Source: Isurus oxyrinchus
Lineage: Eukaryota
Direction of reading: 5' to 3'
Assembly: GCA_026770705.1 (NCBI GenBank)
Contig: JANJGN010000052.1
Location: 496,001-560,000 of the forward strand
DNA: 64,000 nt
In this document: one piece after another, positions 24,801 to 37,670 of the stretch
How the letters are laid out: every line of letters begins with the position of its first letter
Numbering within the stretch: the first letter of the stretch is position 1
Program-made: the position numbers and the translations under genes
Notes under the pieces: model-generated
The model's input: only the letters and a program-made list of their open reading frames with translations
Databases searched by the model: none
What the model was told of the DNA's origin: nothing

Positions 24801-27800
24801 CCCAATGACAGATGTTAAGCTCACTGGCCTATAGTTACCTGTTTGTTGTCTCCCTCCCTTTTTGAATATGGGTGTTACATTGGCAGATTTCGAATCCTCT
24901 GGGACTTTCCCAGAATCTAAGGATTCTTGGAAGATTAAAACCAGTACATCCACTATCTCTGCATCTACTTCCTTTAATATCTTAAGATGCAACCTATCAG
25001 GTCCAGGGGACCTATCAGCCTTGAGACCCATGAGTTTCCCTAGTATTATTCTCTAGTAATAGTTATTGTATTTATTTCCTCTCCCCACCCCCCTTTTGCC
25101 CCTTGATTATTTAGTATTTTTGGAATGCTATTAGTGTGTTCTACCGTGAAGACTGATGCAAAGTATTTATTCAACTCCTCTGTCATTTCCTGGTTCCTCA
25201 TTATTATTTCCCCAGCCTAGTTCTCTAAGGGGCCCATGTTCACTTTGGTCTCTCTCTCCCTTTTTATATATTTAAAGAAGCTTTTACTGTCCTTTATTTA
25301 TTTTTTGGTCATCTTCTGTTGGTTTTTAAAACGTTCCCAATCCTAATCCTCTGGCTTACCACTAATATTTGTTGTGCTGCATGTTTTTTCTTTCAATTTG
25401 ACACACACCTTAACTTCTTTGGGTAACCCAGGTTGGTTTATTCTCTTCCTACAATCCTTCTTCCTCACTGGGATATATCTTTGTTGTGAGTCATGAGCTA
25501 TTTTCTTAAACATCTGCTATTGTTCATCCACCATCTTTTCTGCTAAACCCCTTTCCCAGTCCACTCCAGAAAACCCTGTCCTTATTCCTTTGTAATTACA
25601 CTTATTTAAGTCCAGCACAGTTGTTTCCGACCCAGGTTTCTCAGTCTCAGAGGGAATGCTAAATTCTACCATGTTATGGTCACTGTTTTCCAGGGGATCA
25701 TTTATTCTGAGATCATGTATGAAACCTGCCTCATTACACATTACCAGATCCAAAATAGCCTGATCCCTGGTTAGATCCACGACATATTATTCCAGGAAAC
25801 TGTCTTGAATACACTCTATGAATTCTTGCTCATGGCTACCTCTGCCAATTGGGTTTTCCCAATCTACATGAAGATTAATGTACTGCCTTTTTTACATGCC
25901 CTCATTATCTCATGATTTATTCTCTGTCCTACAGCCGAGCTACAGTCATGGGGCTGATAGACCACTCCCACCAGTTCCTTCTTCTCCTTGTTATTCATTA
26001 CCTCGAGCCATATGGATTCTATACCCTCCGATCCAAGATCATTTCTTGCTTTCGTACTTATTCCATCTCCTATTAACAAAGCTACCCCACCACCTTTCCT
26101 TCCTGCCTGTCTTTTTGAAAAGTCACATACCCCTGAATATTTATTTCAAAGCTTTGATCTCCTTGAAACCATGTCTCCATAATGGCTATAAGATCAAACC
26201 CATTAACCTCTATTTGTGCCTTTAATTCATTTATGTTGTTCCAAATACTATGTGCATTTAAGTCAAGAGCCATTAATTTTGTCTTTTTATCATTTTCCTC
26301 CCTCTGACACTATTTGCTGATGTATTTTAATGTTTGGACACTGTGTACCCACCTGTCACACACTAGGTATCATCACCAAAACAGCTATCCTGCAATGCTG
26401 ACAAATCCTTTTGCTTTGTAAGCCTACATATACCCTCTCCAGAACACTCTCCCCATCTATTTAGTTTAAAGGCAATACTGAGGGAGAGCAGCACTGTCAA
26501 AGGGTCATTACTGAGGGAGTGTTGCACAGTTGGAAGCTCTGGAACAAGGGACTGCAGCATTATCTGAGGGTCAGTCGGGAGGGAGGTATTCAATGTTGGA
26601 TTGTAAGTTCTGAGGGAGCGCTGCAGAGTTGGAGGTTCAGTAGTGAAGGAGTGCTGCACTGTCAGAGGGTCAGTACTGAGGGAGTGCTGCACTGTCAGAG
26701 GGACAGGACTGAGGGAGTGCTGCACTGTTAGAGGGTCAGTACTGAGGGAGTGCTGCACTGTCAGAGGGTCAGTACTGAGGGAGTGCTGCACTGTCGGAGG
26801 GTCAGTTCTGAGGGAGTGCTGCACTGTCAGAGGGTCAGTACTGAGGGAGTGCTGCACTGTCGCAGGGTCATTATTGAGAGAGTGCTGTGATGTCGGAGGA
26901 TCAGTACTGAGGGAGTGCAACACTGTTGGAGAGTCAGTACTGAGTGAGTACTGCACTGTTGGAGGGTCAGTACTAAGGGAGAGCTGCACTGTCAGTGGGT
27001 CAGTACTGAGGGAGTGCTGCACTGTCGGAGGGTCAGTACTGAGGGCGTGCTGCACTGTCAGAGAGTCAGTACTGAGGGAGTGCTGCACTGTCAGAGGGTC
27101 AGTACTGAGGGCGTGCTGCACTGTCAGAGAGTCAGTACTGAGGCAGTGCTGCACTGTCAGAGGGTCAGTACTGAGGGAGTGCTGCACTGTCAGAGGGTCA
27201 GTACTGTGGGAGTGCTGCACTGTCGGAGGGTCAGTACTGAGGGAGTGCTGCACTGTCAGAGGGTCAGTACTGAGGGAGTGCTGCACTGTCAGAGGGTCAG
27301 TACTGAGGGAGTGCTGCACTGTCAGAGGGTCAGTACTGAGGGAGAGCTGCCCTGTCAGAGTGTCAGTACTGAGGGAGTGCTATACTGTCATAGTGTCAGT
27401 AATGAGGGAGTGCTGTACTGTCAGAGGCTCAGTACTGAGGGAGTGCTGCACTGTCAGAGGGTCAGTACTGAGGGAGTGCTGCCCTGTCAGAGGGTGAGTA
27501 CTGAGGGAGTGCTGCACTGTCAGAGGGTCAGTACTGAGGGAGTGCTGCCCTGTCAGAGGGTCAGTACTGAGTGAGTGCTGCACTGTCGGAGGGTGAGTAC
27601 TGAGGGAGTGCTGCACTGTCAGAGGGTCAGTACTGAGTGAGTGCTGCCCTGTCAGAGGGTCAGTACAGAGGGAGTGCCGCACTGTCAGAGGGTCAGTACT
27701 GAGGGAGTGCTGCACTGTCAGAGGGTCAGTACTGAGTGAGTGCTGCACTGTCAGGGCGTGAGTACATTGCGATTCCTGCTCTGCTCTATCGGTCTCCTGG

Positions 27801-30800
27801 CTGGAAATAAAAGCCGCTGTGTTACTGTTCAGAAACTGTTATTAATTGTGTTCTGGTCACTATTTTCCCTGAAAAACAGATTCTCTGATTGTCATCAAAA
27901 TACCTTTCTATGGATCCTGCTGTACATTATCTACACTGTTCCAGCTAATGTAGAATGAAGGGTGTCTATACTTACATTGCACAGTTAGTACGAGGGTCCG
28001 CTCCGATGAAACAGATGGATATCTCACTCTGCAGCTGAGAGTGTGTCCGTGGTGTTTGAGTGATGGGGTCAGGGTCAGAACAGAAGTATAGGTCAGAGAG
28101 ACACCATGCTGAGTTACAGTGTTTGAGACTGATCCAGGTACGTCAGTGGGAGTGTCCCAGGTTAAGACAGGTGCTGCTGTTCCATTGCACGTTGTGTTGA
28201 AGGTGCAGCTTACATCCACACGCTTTCCAGCAATAATTTCAGCAGGGAATATCGTGGGTTTATCTGTGAAATCTAACAGACAGAGAATGGATCCTTTTAG
28301 ACAAATATAACGTGAAGCATCAGTTCAAATAGAAATCACAGTCCCACACGAGAAAGCATTTTTACAAGGATGATATCAGATCTGAGAGGTTACAATGATC
28401 AGGAAAGATTTTCTTGCTCTTTGGCAGTAGTGTTTCTGTCTCTCAGCTTAATACACGTTCACTCCGAGACATGTGAATTGAGAACACTGGATGAGAGAAG
28501 AGGCTCAGACCAGAGATTGGAGTTAAAAGCAGAATACTGCGGATGCTGGAAATCTGAAACCAAAACAAAAATTGCTGGAAAGACTCAGCAGGTCTGACAG
28601 TATCAGTGGAGAGGAAGACAGGGTTAACGTTTCGAGTCCGTATGACTCTTCATCAGACCAGAGGTTTGAGTTCACTGGCTTCTCATTTCCTCAGTGATCT
28701 GGGTGATTTATCACCTTGTGGTTTGTTGGATCTTGCTGTGCACAAACTGCCTGCTGTGTTTTACATCTGTGACTACAATTCAGGAATAATTTCATTGGCT
28801 GTGAAGGGATTTGGATCCTCCTGAGGTGGTAAATTGCGCTGCAGAAATGCACATCTTTCTTTTATCGATAAGTCAGACTTTTAAACAGGACAGGAGAGAT
28901 TGATGGGAGTGGATAACCTGATAATACAGTTAATGCTTTTCATCATTGATATTAAAGTGAGTATTAGAGGTTGCTTTAGGACTGAACTGGAAGCTATCAC
29001 CAGGTTATTGAGAATCAGACAGTGTGTTATAATAAGCTGCGTTTTGTGTTAATATGTAAACATCACAGTTTGTGTTATTTCCCATTGAGTGTTGAATGTG
29101 AATTGTTGAGTAATTATAACACAGCACTTACCAGAAACGTGAAGCTGGGTTACAGGGTAATAGTTATAGCTCGGACCATTGTCAAATTCTATCCTGAAAA
29201 AATAAGGTCCCGCATCTTCCCGTCTGATGTTGTTTATAATCAGGGAACAGTCGCCATCTTTCAGGTCTCCAGACAGCCAGGTCCGATGGTGGAACCGTGG
29301 TAACTCGTGACTGTGATCCTTGGAGTGAAAGGCAATGGGAGCCCAGGGAATCTGTTTCTCGTTATTAAACCAGACTCCACCTCGCGGTTGGTTTTCCAAA
29401 TGTGATGGATAACTGTAATGACATGGAATCTGTACACACGAACCTTCCTGCGCTGTCACCTCTCGTGGAGTGTCACCTTTCCACTCTTGTGACAGTCCAA
29501 CTGGGGAGAGAAATATCAATATTTAACTCTGGATGGTTTGTGGATCCACTAGACTCGATATCCACTCCCTCCATCACTGGGGCACAGTGGCTGCAGTGTG
29601 GAACTTCTACAGGACACACAAGGAACTCCCCAAGGTTTCACAATGGATAGAAGAGAATCCTGGACACAGGAGTGGACAAGTTCATTCTACATTGGCTCAT
29701 GGTCCTCAGGACCCTGTTTAGTGAAGCCAGTGAGACAGTGTCACTGTGCCTTGTATTATAATGCTCCTGTGTAGCCCCTTGGATTGTTTTTTTTTACAGT
29801 TAAGGCACTATGTAAATATAATCTATTGCTCTATGCTCATCTGGACCATTTGAATTCTTAAGTTCAAGTGGCCTGGTGACAGCTTCATGTTCAGTCCAAA
29901 TGCAGCCTCTAATTATCACTTTAATGTCAATGATTAAATGTGACCCAACACAGTGTCTACAAGACGCACCAATTGAGATCCATTCAGTGCTGATTTACAA
30001 GACAGGACAATGGATTAGGAGCCCTCAGAACTCCCTCCATTATCACCGTCATGAATCACTAATTAGCCTAACATTCCTGTCTGCTCTTCAACACAGCTGA
30101 TTGGCTAATCTGATTCAATCTGATTGGTGCACTTTGGACCTTCATGTTCTGAGGAATCTCTTTGGATCCTCATTGTTTAAGGAATCTCATTGGATCCTCA
30201 TTGTCTAAGGGATTATTTCTGATCCAAACCCCATATTGTTGTATTGTTGATTCCGATGCAGCATTGTAGACTGACTTGTCCCCAAGCTCAGCACTGACCC
30301 TACTCCAGCAGACACTGTGAAACACACTAACAAAGCGCCTCTAGCCTGAGCTCTGCATGTGTCGAGAGAAAGACAAATATACAAACTGAATATTGACACC
30401 TTTACACACGGACAGCTTTACCTTCCTTCTCTCTTTCAGTTATCTTGCTCCCTTATTGAAGTATCTAGCAAGGTGAGAATGGACAGGAAGTGTGACACTG
30501 AACAGCCTGTCTATTCTAGGAGCTGCTGTGCTGTCTTCATGGGAAATTCTGAATAAAATCAGCAAAAGACACATTTCAGGATATTGCTATCAGACACCTA
30601 ACATAGGGAGAGACTTCATCCTCCAGTTTTTATCCCTGATTTTCTACTCAACCTTTTACCACCCTTCCCCCCATCCACACTGACTTACATAGGCTCCCAG
30701 TCAAGCAGTGCCTCCATTTTAAGATTCTCATGCTCAATTCCCAATCCCCCCAACCCCCTCTCCAGTCCCGACCTCTGTAACCTCATCCAGCCCCTTCAAC

Positions 30801-31046
30801 CCTCTGAGATCTCTGCTCTCCTCCAATTCTGCTGTCAGACAGGGAGTCAGTGTATATCAGTGAGCACAGGGGTGATGGGTCATTGGGACTTGGTGTCAGT
30901 TTGTACACTGGGTGACTGCTAAATCGGTTCCCAATCACACTCAATAAGAATGATCTTTTACAAAGACTATTAACCATAAATCTGCCCGAGCTGACAATGA
31001 TATTACCTTGGAGAAGTGACAGGAGGAAGTAAGATTTACCGATCAT
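18779..31046 (-). CDS. Siglec-like gene C, inhibitory architecture (L, V, C2, C2, TM, tail exons with ITIM); 1-nt frameshift in second C2, possibly a pseudogene
   Basis: Exons 31007-31046, 29132-29500, 27976-28272, 22382-22662, 21018-21114, 19457-19561, 18779-18895, all with AG/GT boundaries. Confidence 0.75.
18990..19325 (+). repeat. 24-bp intronic minisatellite (gattattgatactgaacggggttt)
   Basis: About 13-14 tandem units; 8-aa periodic ORFs. Confidence 0.9.
19457..19561 (-). CDS. Cytoplasmic exon with YEN motif
   Basis: Acceptor ctctattacag; KRGEGKAGIKSNHRVDEYRGPVYENCERGWALRNQ|gtgagt, phase 0-0; homologous to the terminal exon. Confidence 0.65.
19905..20300 (-). other. Extra copy of the exon 1 / promoter module inside gene C (donor after 20073)
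   Basis: Near-identical to 9325-9620 and 16060-16350. Confidence 0.75.
20445..20710. repeat. GA-rich ~48-bp tandem repeat
   Basis: gagaatgagaaggagagcattagtggagattggagagagagt units. Confidence 0.7.
21018..21114 (-). CDS. Uncharged transmembrane exon (gene C)
   Basis: ttttacag|..RDSNEWKAGLLGAGICLSVGLSGFFIFKCVR-K|gtaagt, phase 1 to 2. Confidence 0.8.
21340..22345 (+). mobile_element. Internally deleted LINE (same family as 53765-54838)
   Basis: Matches the TNIPILNDGGAQH..DK.EA region of the RT-bearing copy. Confidence 0.65.
22382..22662 (-). CDS. Second C2/I-type Ig exon of gene C (281 nt, frameshifted at 3' end)
   Basis: EGNSTVLICSVESFPASNLTW..DTGDYQCVAENEHG; one base shorter than paralog 48033-48314. 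Confidence 0.85.
22790..23450 (+). repeat. 33-bp minisatellite array
   Basis: Same unit as 32895-35098. Confidence 0.9.
23460..26470 (-). mobile_element. CR1-like LINE, long degenerate ORF2 (endonuclease + RT)
   Basis: LNAHSI..DLIAIMETW, SDHNMV, GNYRPVSLTSV, LDFQKAFSKVPH, LVRPHLEYC. Confidence 0.9.
26475..27765 (+). repeat. 33-bp minisatellite array
   Basis: About 35 tandem units. Confidence 0.95.
27976..28272 (-). CDS. First C2-set Ig exon of gene C
   Basis: 297 nt, phase 1-1; DFTDKPTIF..VSCTFNTTCNGTAAPVLTW..LTPSLKHHGHTLSCRV, with the extra Cys typical of Siglec domain 2. Confidence 0.9.
29132..29500 (-). CDS. Siglec-type V-set exon of gene C
   Basis: 369 nt open, intact splice sites, YFFRIE Arg retained. 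Confidence 0.9.
31007..31046 (-). CDS. Signal-peptide exon of gene C
   Basis: MIGKSYFLLSLLQ+G|gtaata. Confidence 0.8.
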
Positions 31047-31496
31047 TGTCCACTCCCAGATATTTCCTCAGCTTCTAACTCTGAAGTTCTGAAAGAGAAA
31101 GGAGTTAATGAGACTTCACCTCTTGTCTGAATGCTCTCGAGAGATCAGAACTGCTTTTAGACAATGTCTTCACAGATTAATTTGATTCTCTGTGGGATGA
31201 TAGGTGTTCTGCAGAGAGTTACAAGGCTTTAAGAAAGAAAAACATTGAAGGACTTGCATTTCTATAGCACCTTTCAACACCTCAGGATGTCCCAAAGCTC
31301 ATGTCCTTGCACTTCCCTCATCCCTTGAGCTAGAAAGATGTTCTGTACAACAGACTTGAGTCTCACACCCTGATCTCAATAATCAGTAGAAATCTTTCAA
31401 AGGCATCAATCATTGGAATCTGTCTTTATAAAGTCACAACATCAACAAAGGACGGTGTTGGTGGTGGAAGTGAATTCCAATTGTTCCGTTACTTAC

Positions 31497-31640
31497 CCAG
31501 GACCTGTCCGACTGCTCGCCTGGGGAGGAACTGCCCACACGCTCTGCTTGGGCTGAATGACCTCTTCCTGTGCTGCTCCTCTGTGTGTTTAATTAGAAAG
31601 GGTTGATGTGTCACTGTGAGACAAAATGTGGTAGTGGTCA
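31497..31640 (-). promoter_or_regulatory. Exon 1 / promoter module of gene C (ETS site altered to tgtggtagtg)
   Basis: Paralogous module with donor gtaagt. Confidence 0.5.
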
Positions 31641-31869
31641 CTTTGTGAGAATGCAGCTGATGTTTTGAGTTTTTGAAGCTGTTAACCCTTTGCGTTCTGG
31701 ACTTGTGATGATAATTCTGCTCAAAAGTGGAAAGTCATTGAATTTCTGCTGTGTGTCATTGTGTTTCAAACCCTCTCTCTCTCTCTGAGTGAGAAGGTCG
31801 TCTGTTCGAGATTCATTTGGCAAAATTCAGACTGACAAACCAGACCGGCACTCGGTGTCAGGACTGAGA

Positions 31870-32190
31870 GTCCTGCACTGTCAGAGGGTCATTCCTGAGG
31901 GCGTGCTACACTGTTGGAGGATCAGTACTGAAGCAGTGCTGCACTGTCAGAGGCTCAGTATTGTGGGAGTGCTGCACGGCCAGAGGGTCAGTACTGAGGG
32001 AGTGCTGCACTGTCAGAGGGTCAGTACTAAGGGAGTGCTGCACTGTTGGAGGGTCAGTACTGAGGGAGTGCCGCACTGTTGGAGGATCAGTACTGAGGGA
32101 GTGCTGCACTGTTGGAGTATCAGTACTGAGTGCTGCACTGTCAGAGGGTCAGTACTGAGGGAGTGCTGCACTATTGGAGAATCAGTAAAC
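31870..32190 (+). repeat. 33-bp minisatellite array
   Basis: Same unit. Confidence 0.85.
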
Positions 32191-32894
32191 TGTTGCTGAA
32201 AAGGAACTTTCTTCATCATATCACAGAATCACACAGAATAGCAGGAGGCCATTCATGCCATCTTGGCTGTGCTAGCTCTTTAAAAGAAGCACACAGTTGG
32301 TTTCAATCCACCTCTCTTCCCCCATCGTCCTTCAAATTCTTCCTGTTGCAGATTGAATCCAAATTCATGAATATAAATCCCCTCAGACGGGAGTAACCAT
32401 CACTGAGCAGGCAGGTTAGGTTTGATTGTACACAGCGAGTTGCTGTGATCTGGAAGGTGCTGCCTGAAAGGGCGGTGGAAGCAGATTCAATAGGATCTTT
32501 CAAAATACTTGCAGAGTGTGAGAGAATGGGAGATTGGGATCAATTGGATATCTGTCCCAGGAGACCAGGACAGGGACAATGGGCTGAGTGGCCCCTTTCT
32601 GTGCTGTTTGATTCTGTGGTTTTCTAATATTTATCTGCGCTGCAGATCAGAGACAAACAGGAAACAATAAACTTCTGACCTTTCCACACAGGCTGAATTG
32701 TCATCTCTTTATTTTCAGCCAGTTTGCTTAATTCTTGTGGTTTGGTGGTGAAACTGTGCAGCAAGTGTGAGTGTTGGGTTGTAGATCTGTCTATTCTGAC
32801 TGCTGCTGTGCTCATGGTGACTTCTCAATTACATGAGAGTCTCTGAGATCCTCCACACCCAAGGATTAAGGAGAGACTTCCAAAGATTCAGGAC

Positions 32895-35098
32895 CCTGTA
32901 CTGAAGAGGTGCTGCACTGTCAGAGGGTCAGTACTGAGGGAGTGCTGCACTGTCAGAGGGTCAGTACTGAGGGAGTGCTGCACTGTCAGAGGGTCAGTAC
33001 TGAGGGAGTGCTGCACTGTCAGAGGGTCAGTACTGAGGGAGTGCTGCACTGTCAGAGGGTCAGTACTGAGGGAGTGCTGCACTGTCAGAGGGTCAGTACT
33101 GAGGGAGTGCTGCACTGTCAGAGGGTCAGTACTGAGGGAGTGCTGCACTGTCAGAGGGTCAGTACTGAGGGAGTGCTGCACTGTCAGAGGGTCAGTACTG
33201 AGGGAGTGCTGCACTGTCAGAGGGTCAGTACTGAAGCAATGCTGCACTGTCAGAGGGTCAGTATTGAGGGAGTGCTGCACTGTCAGAGGGTCAGTATTGA
33301 GGGAGTGCTGCACTGTCAGAGAGTCAGTACTGAGGGAGTGCTGCACTGTCAGAGGGTCAGTACTGAAGCAATGCTGCACTGTCAGAGGGTCAGTACTGAA
33401 GAGGTGCTGCACTGTAAGAGGGTCAGTACTGAGGGAGTGCTGCACTGTCAGAGGGTCAGTACTGAGGGAGTGCTGCACTGTCAGAGGGTCAGTACTGAGG
33501 GAGTGCTGCACTGTCAGAGGGTCAGTACTGAAGCAATGCTGCACTGTCAGAGTGTCAGTACTGAGGGAGTGCTGCACTGTCAGAGGATCAGTACTGAGGG
33601 AGTGCTGCACTGTAAGAGGGTCAGTTCTGAAGCAATGCTGCACTGTCAGAGGGTCAGTACTGAGGGAGTGCTGCACTGTGGGAGGGTCAGTACTGAGTGA
33701 GTGCTGCACTGTCAGAGGGTCAGTACTGAAGCAATGCTGCACTGTCAGAGGGTCAGTACTGAGGGAGTGCTGCACTGTCAGAGGGTCAGTATTGAGGGAG
33801 TGCTGCACTGTCAGAGAGTCAGTACTGAGGGAGTGCTGCACTGTAAGAGGGTCAGTACTGAAGAGGTGCTGCACTCTAAGAGGGTCAGTACTGAGGGAGT
33901 GCTGCACTGTCAGAGGGTCAGTACTGAGGGAGTGCTGCACTGTCAGAGGGTCAGTACTGAGGGAGTGCTGCACTGTAAGAGGGTCAGTACTGAGGGAGTG
34001 CTGCACTGTCAGAGGGTCAGTACTGAGGGAGTGCTGCACTGTCAGAGGGTCAGTACTGAGGGAGTGCTGCACTGTCAGAGGGTCAGTATTGAGGGAGTGC
34101 TGCACTGTCAGAGAGTCAGTACTGAAGAGGTGCTGCACTGTAAGAGGTTCAGTACTGAAGCAATGCTGCACTGTCAGAGGGTCAGTACTGAGGGAGTGCT
34201 GCACTGTGGGAGGGTCAGTACTGAGCGAGTGCTGCACTGTCATAGGGTCAGTACTGAGTGAGTGCTGCACTTTCAGAGGGTCAGTACTGAGAGAGTGCTG
34301 CACTGTCAGAGGGTCAATGCTGAGGGAGTGCTGCACTGTGGGAGAGTCAGTACTGAGGGAGTGCTGCACTGTCGGAGGGTCAGTACTGAGGCAGAGCTGC
34401 ACTGTCAGAGGGTCAGTACTGAGGGAGTGCTGCACTGTCAGAGGGTCAGTACTGAGGGAGTGCTGCACTGTAAGAGGGTCAGTACTGAAGCAATGCTGCA
34501 CTGTCAGAGGGTCAGTACTGAGGGAGTGCTGCACTGTAAGAGGGTCAGTACTGAAGCAATGCTGCACTGTCAGAGGGTCAGTACTGAGGGAGTGCTGCAT
34601 TGTCAGAGGGTCAGTACTGAGGGAGTGCTGCACTGTCAGAGGGTCAGTACTGAGGGAGTGCTGCACTGTCAGAGGGTCAGTACTGAGGCAATGCTGCACT
34701 GTCAGAGGGTCAGTATTGAGGGATTGATGCACTGTCATAGGGTCAGTACTGAGGGAGTGCTGAACTGTCATATGGTCAGTACTGAGTGAGTGCTGCACTG
34801 TCAGAGTTTCAGTACTGAGAGGGTGCTGCACTGTCAGAGGGTCAATGCTGAGGGAGTGCTGCACTGTGGGAGAGTCAGTACTGAGGGAGTGCTGCACTGT
34901 CGGAGGGTCAGTACTGAGGCAGAACTGCACTGTCAGAGAGACAGTACTGAGGGAGTGCTGCACTGCCAGAAGTTCAGTACTGAGGGAATGCTGCATTATC
35001 GGTGGGTCAGTACTGAGGGAGTGCTGCACTGTCAGAGGGTCAGTACTGAGGAAGTGTTGCACTGTCAGAGGGTCAGTACTGAGGGAGTGCTGCACTGT
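32895..35098 (+). repeat. Largest 33-bp minisatellite array (~2.2 kb, about 66 units)
   Basis: Homogeneous units; source of the spurious 735-aa and 487-aa ORFs. Confidence 0.97.
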
Positions 35099-35104
35099 GA
35101 ATTA

Positions 35105-37670
35105 TTGGAATCTGTCTTTATAAAGTCACAACATCAACAAAGGACGGTGTTGGTGGTGGAAGTGAATTCCAATCGTTCCGTTACTTACCCAGGACCTGTC
35201 CGACTGCTCGCCTGGGGAGGAACTGCCCACACACTCTGCTTGGGCTGAATGACCTCTTCCTGTGCTGCTCCCTCTGTGTATTTAATGAGAAAGGGTGGAT
35301 GTGTCACTGTGAGACAAAGTGGGAGGTGGTTGCTGTCAAAGTATGAAAGCAAACTGTTAAACCTTGGAGTGCCAAGGCTGTGTCCGAATGTGACTAACCT
35401 TTTTCCCATGTAACAGGCTCGAGGGGCTGAATGGCCTGCTCTTGTTCCTGTGTAATGGGATTGAGTGGGCTGAATGGGCCCCTCATGTTCATGTGTAACA
35501 GGCTCAAGGGGTTGAACGGCCTCCTCCTTTTCTTTTCTTACAAGCTCGAGAGGCTGAATGGGCCTCCTCCTGTTCCTGTGTCATAGGCTCGATGGGCTGA
35601 ATGGGCCTCCTCCTGTTCCTGTGTCACAGGCTCGATGGGCTGAATGGGCCTCCTCCTGTTCCTGTGTCACAGGCTTGAGGGGGCTGAATGGGCCTCCTCC
35701 TGTTCCTGCGTAACAGGCTCGAGGGGGCTGAATGGGCCTCCTCCTGTTACTGTGTAACAGGCTCAAGGGGCTGAATGGGCCTCCTCCTGTTCCTGTGTAA
35801 CAGGCTCGAGGGGGCTGAGTGGGCCTCCTCCTGTTGCTGTGTAACAGGCTCAAGGGGCTGAATGGGCCTCCTCCTGTTCCTGTGTAACAGGCTCAAAGGG
35901 CTGAATGGCCTCCTCCTTTCTTCTGTGTAACAGACTCGAGGCGGCTGAATGGGCCTCCTCCTGTTACTGTGTAACAGGCTCAAGAGGCTGAATGGGCCTC
36001 CTCCTGTTCCTGTGTAACAGGCTTGAGGGGCTGAATGGGCCTCCTCCTGTTCCTGTGTAACAGGCTCAAAGGGCTGAATGGCCTCCTCCTTTCTTCTGTG
36101 TAACAGACTCGAGGCGGCTGAATGGGCCTCCTCCTGTTACTGTGTAACAGGCTCAAGGGGCTGATTGGGCCTCCTCCTTTCTTCTGTGTAACAGACTCGA
36201 GGCGGCTGAATGGGCGTCCTCCTGTTCCTGTGTAACAGGCTCGAGGAGCTGAATGGGCCTCCTCCTGTTCCTGTGTAACAGGCTCGAGGAGCTGAATGGG
36301 CCTCCTACTGTTGCTGTGTAACAGGCTCGAGGAGCTGAATGGGCCTCCTCCTTTCTTCTGTGTAAATGGCCAGTCCAAAGGATGTGTTTGATGCTGGGGT
36401 TAATGGCCTCCAACACAATCCTGTCCTCACATGATTAACTTAGTTAGTGACTGGTTACTGGTTAATGCAGGAGGACTATTTATTTTCCCAATCTTTTATC
36501 CATGTGTCTGGTTAGGATCTTTTCATCAAACACAGAGCAGAACCAGGATCGAGGATGTTGGTGTTTGAAATCTGTAACACATCGCACAGTCCGCCCATTC
36601 ACTCAGCCTTCAGGATGGAGGCTAATTGTTCTTTCAAAAACTGAAAGACTGAAATGGTTGTAAGTTGTAGCTTTAGCTCATTCTGTTGTCCAAGCTGTTT
36701 CAGCCATCCAGGATACAGTGAAAAACGTACATTTGCAAGCAACTTTTCACATCATAGCTCCCTCTGTTCACAATGACATTGGCAACATCAATGTAAACAT
36801 GTCACGCTGTAATGACATCCTCCCACCAGTGCTGACACCGTAGCACACCTGTTTTCCTCTGTGTTGTCGGAAGTCTACCAATTCTCCAATCAAATTGTTT
36901 CCCTTTCCCAGGCTGCGATTAGTTTAATATTAAACAATAACTCATAAAATACACATGTTCTCTGAACATATGTTTGACTGCAAAATGGTGAATAATTTAT
37001 AGGGATTTGCTCTGGTCCAATTATCCACTGATCCTGCATTTCCTGAAGTCTACACTGGCTGGTGAATATTCTGTAAACACTGACAGACAGGAAGGTGAAT
37101 AACAGAATGAAAATTAACTCATAATCACGGACACGGTATTGAATTTGTCCGTTATGTCCTGGTACATCATCGAACGATATCTAAAGACATTTACAATCAG
37201 AATGGAGAGAAGGATGTTTCCAACAGTGAGGGACAATTCTGAAGGAGGATGTTCGAATTGAAACCCACAGACAATCATCCTGGATAGATCATTCCAAAGA
37301 AATTCCATCAGATTGTAACAAGAGGTTTAAATCTATTTCCTGGGAGTGAGTTCCTGTGGATATTAGGAAGGTAAATTGGAGTTTTGAATGATTCTCCCGT
37401 TCTGTATTCTCCCCACACTGTGTGTGTCTCATTCTTGCTCAGTTTATAAATTCCCATAAACAGAATCCTTGGCAAAATCACAGTTTGCGTAAAGATCATC
37501 ATCTGTATCAGGATTGACTCCGCGGTTAGATTTCATTTCCAGATCCTTCTCATCTTTCTTCTGTAATAGAAACAGAAATGATCAGAGTGACAATCAGAGT
37601 GATCAGTGTTTAGTATTATTGATCCAAATCGAAAATTCCACCCACAATACATACATTAATTATTGATACT
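35105..37670 (-). other. Direct duplicate of ~16135-18995 (exon 1 module, 43-bp array 35400-36370, 3' UTR, ITIM exon)
   Basis: Same order of elements and near-identical ORFs (18449/37114, 18643/37308). Confidence 0.85.
37444..37560 (-). pseudogene. Orphan ITIM terminal exon
   Basis: KKDEKDLEMKSNRGVNPDTDDDLYANCDFAKDSVYGNL*; no upstream minus-strand receptor exons remain in the window. Confidence 0.75.

Noticed and set aside
26475-27765. CRISPR-like appearance of palindromic ~33-bp repeats
   Set aside because: Units are head-to-tail without unique spacers, there are no cas genes, and the context is vertebrate.
32888-35095. 735-aa and 487-aa repetitive ORFs (STDPLTVQHSL / RECCTVRGSVL), and similar ORFs at 26-27 kb
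   Set aside because: Translations of a 33-bp minisatellite that is open in several frames on both strands; no unique coding sequence.
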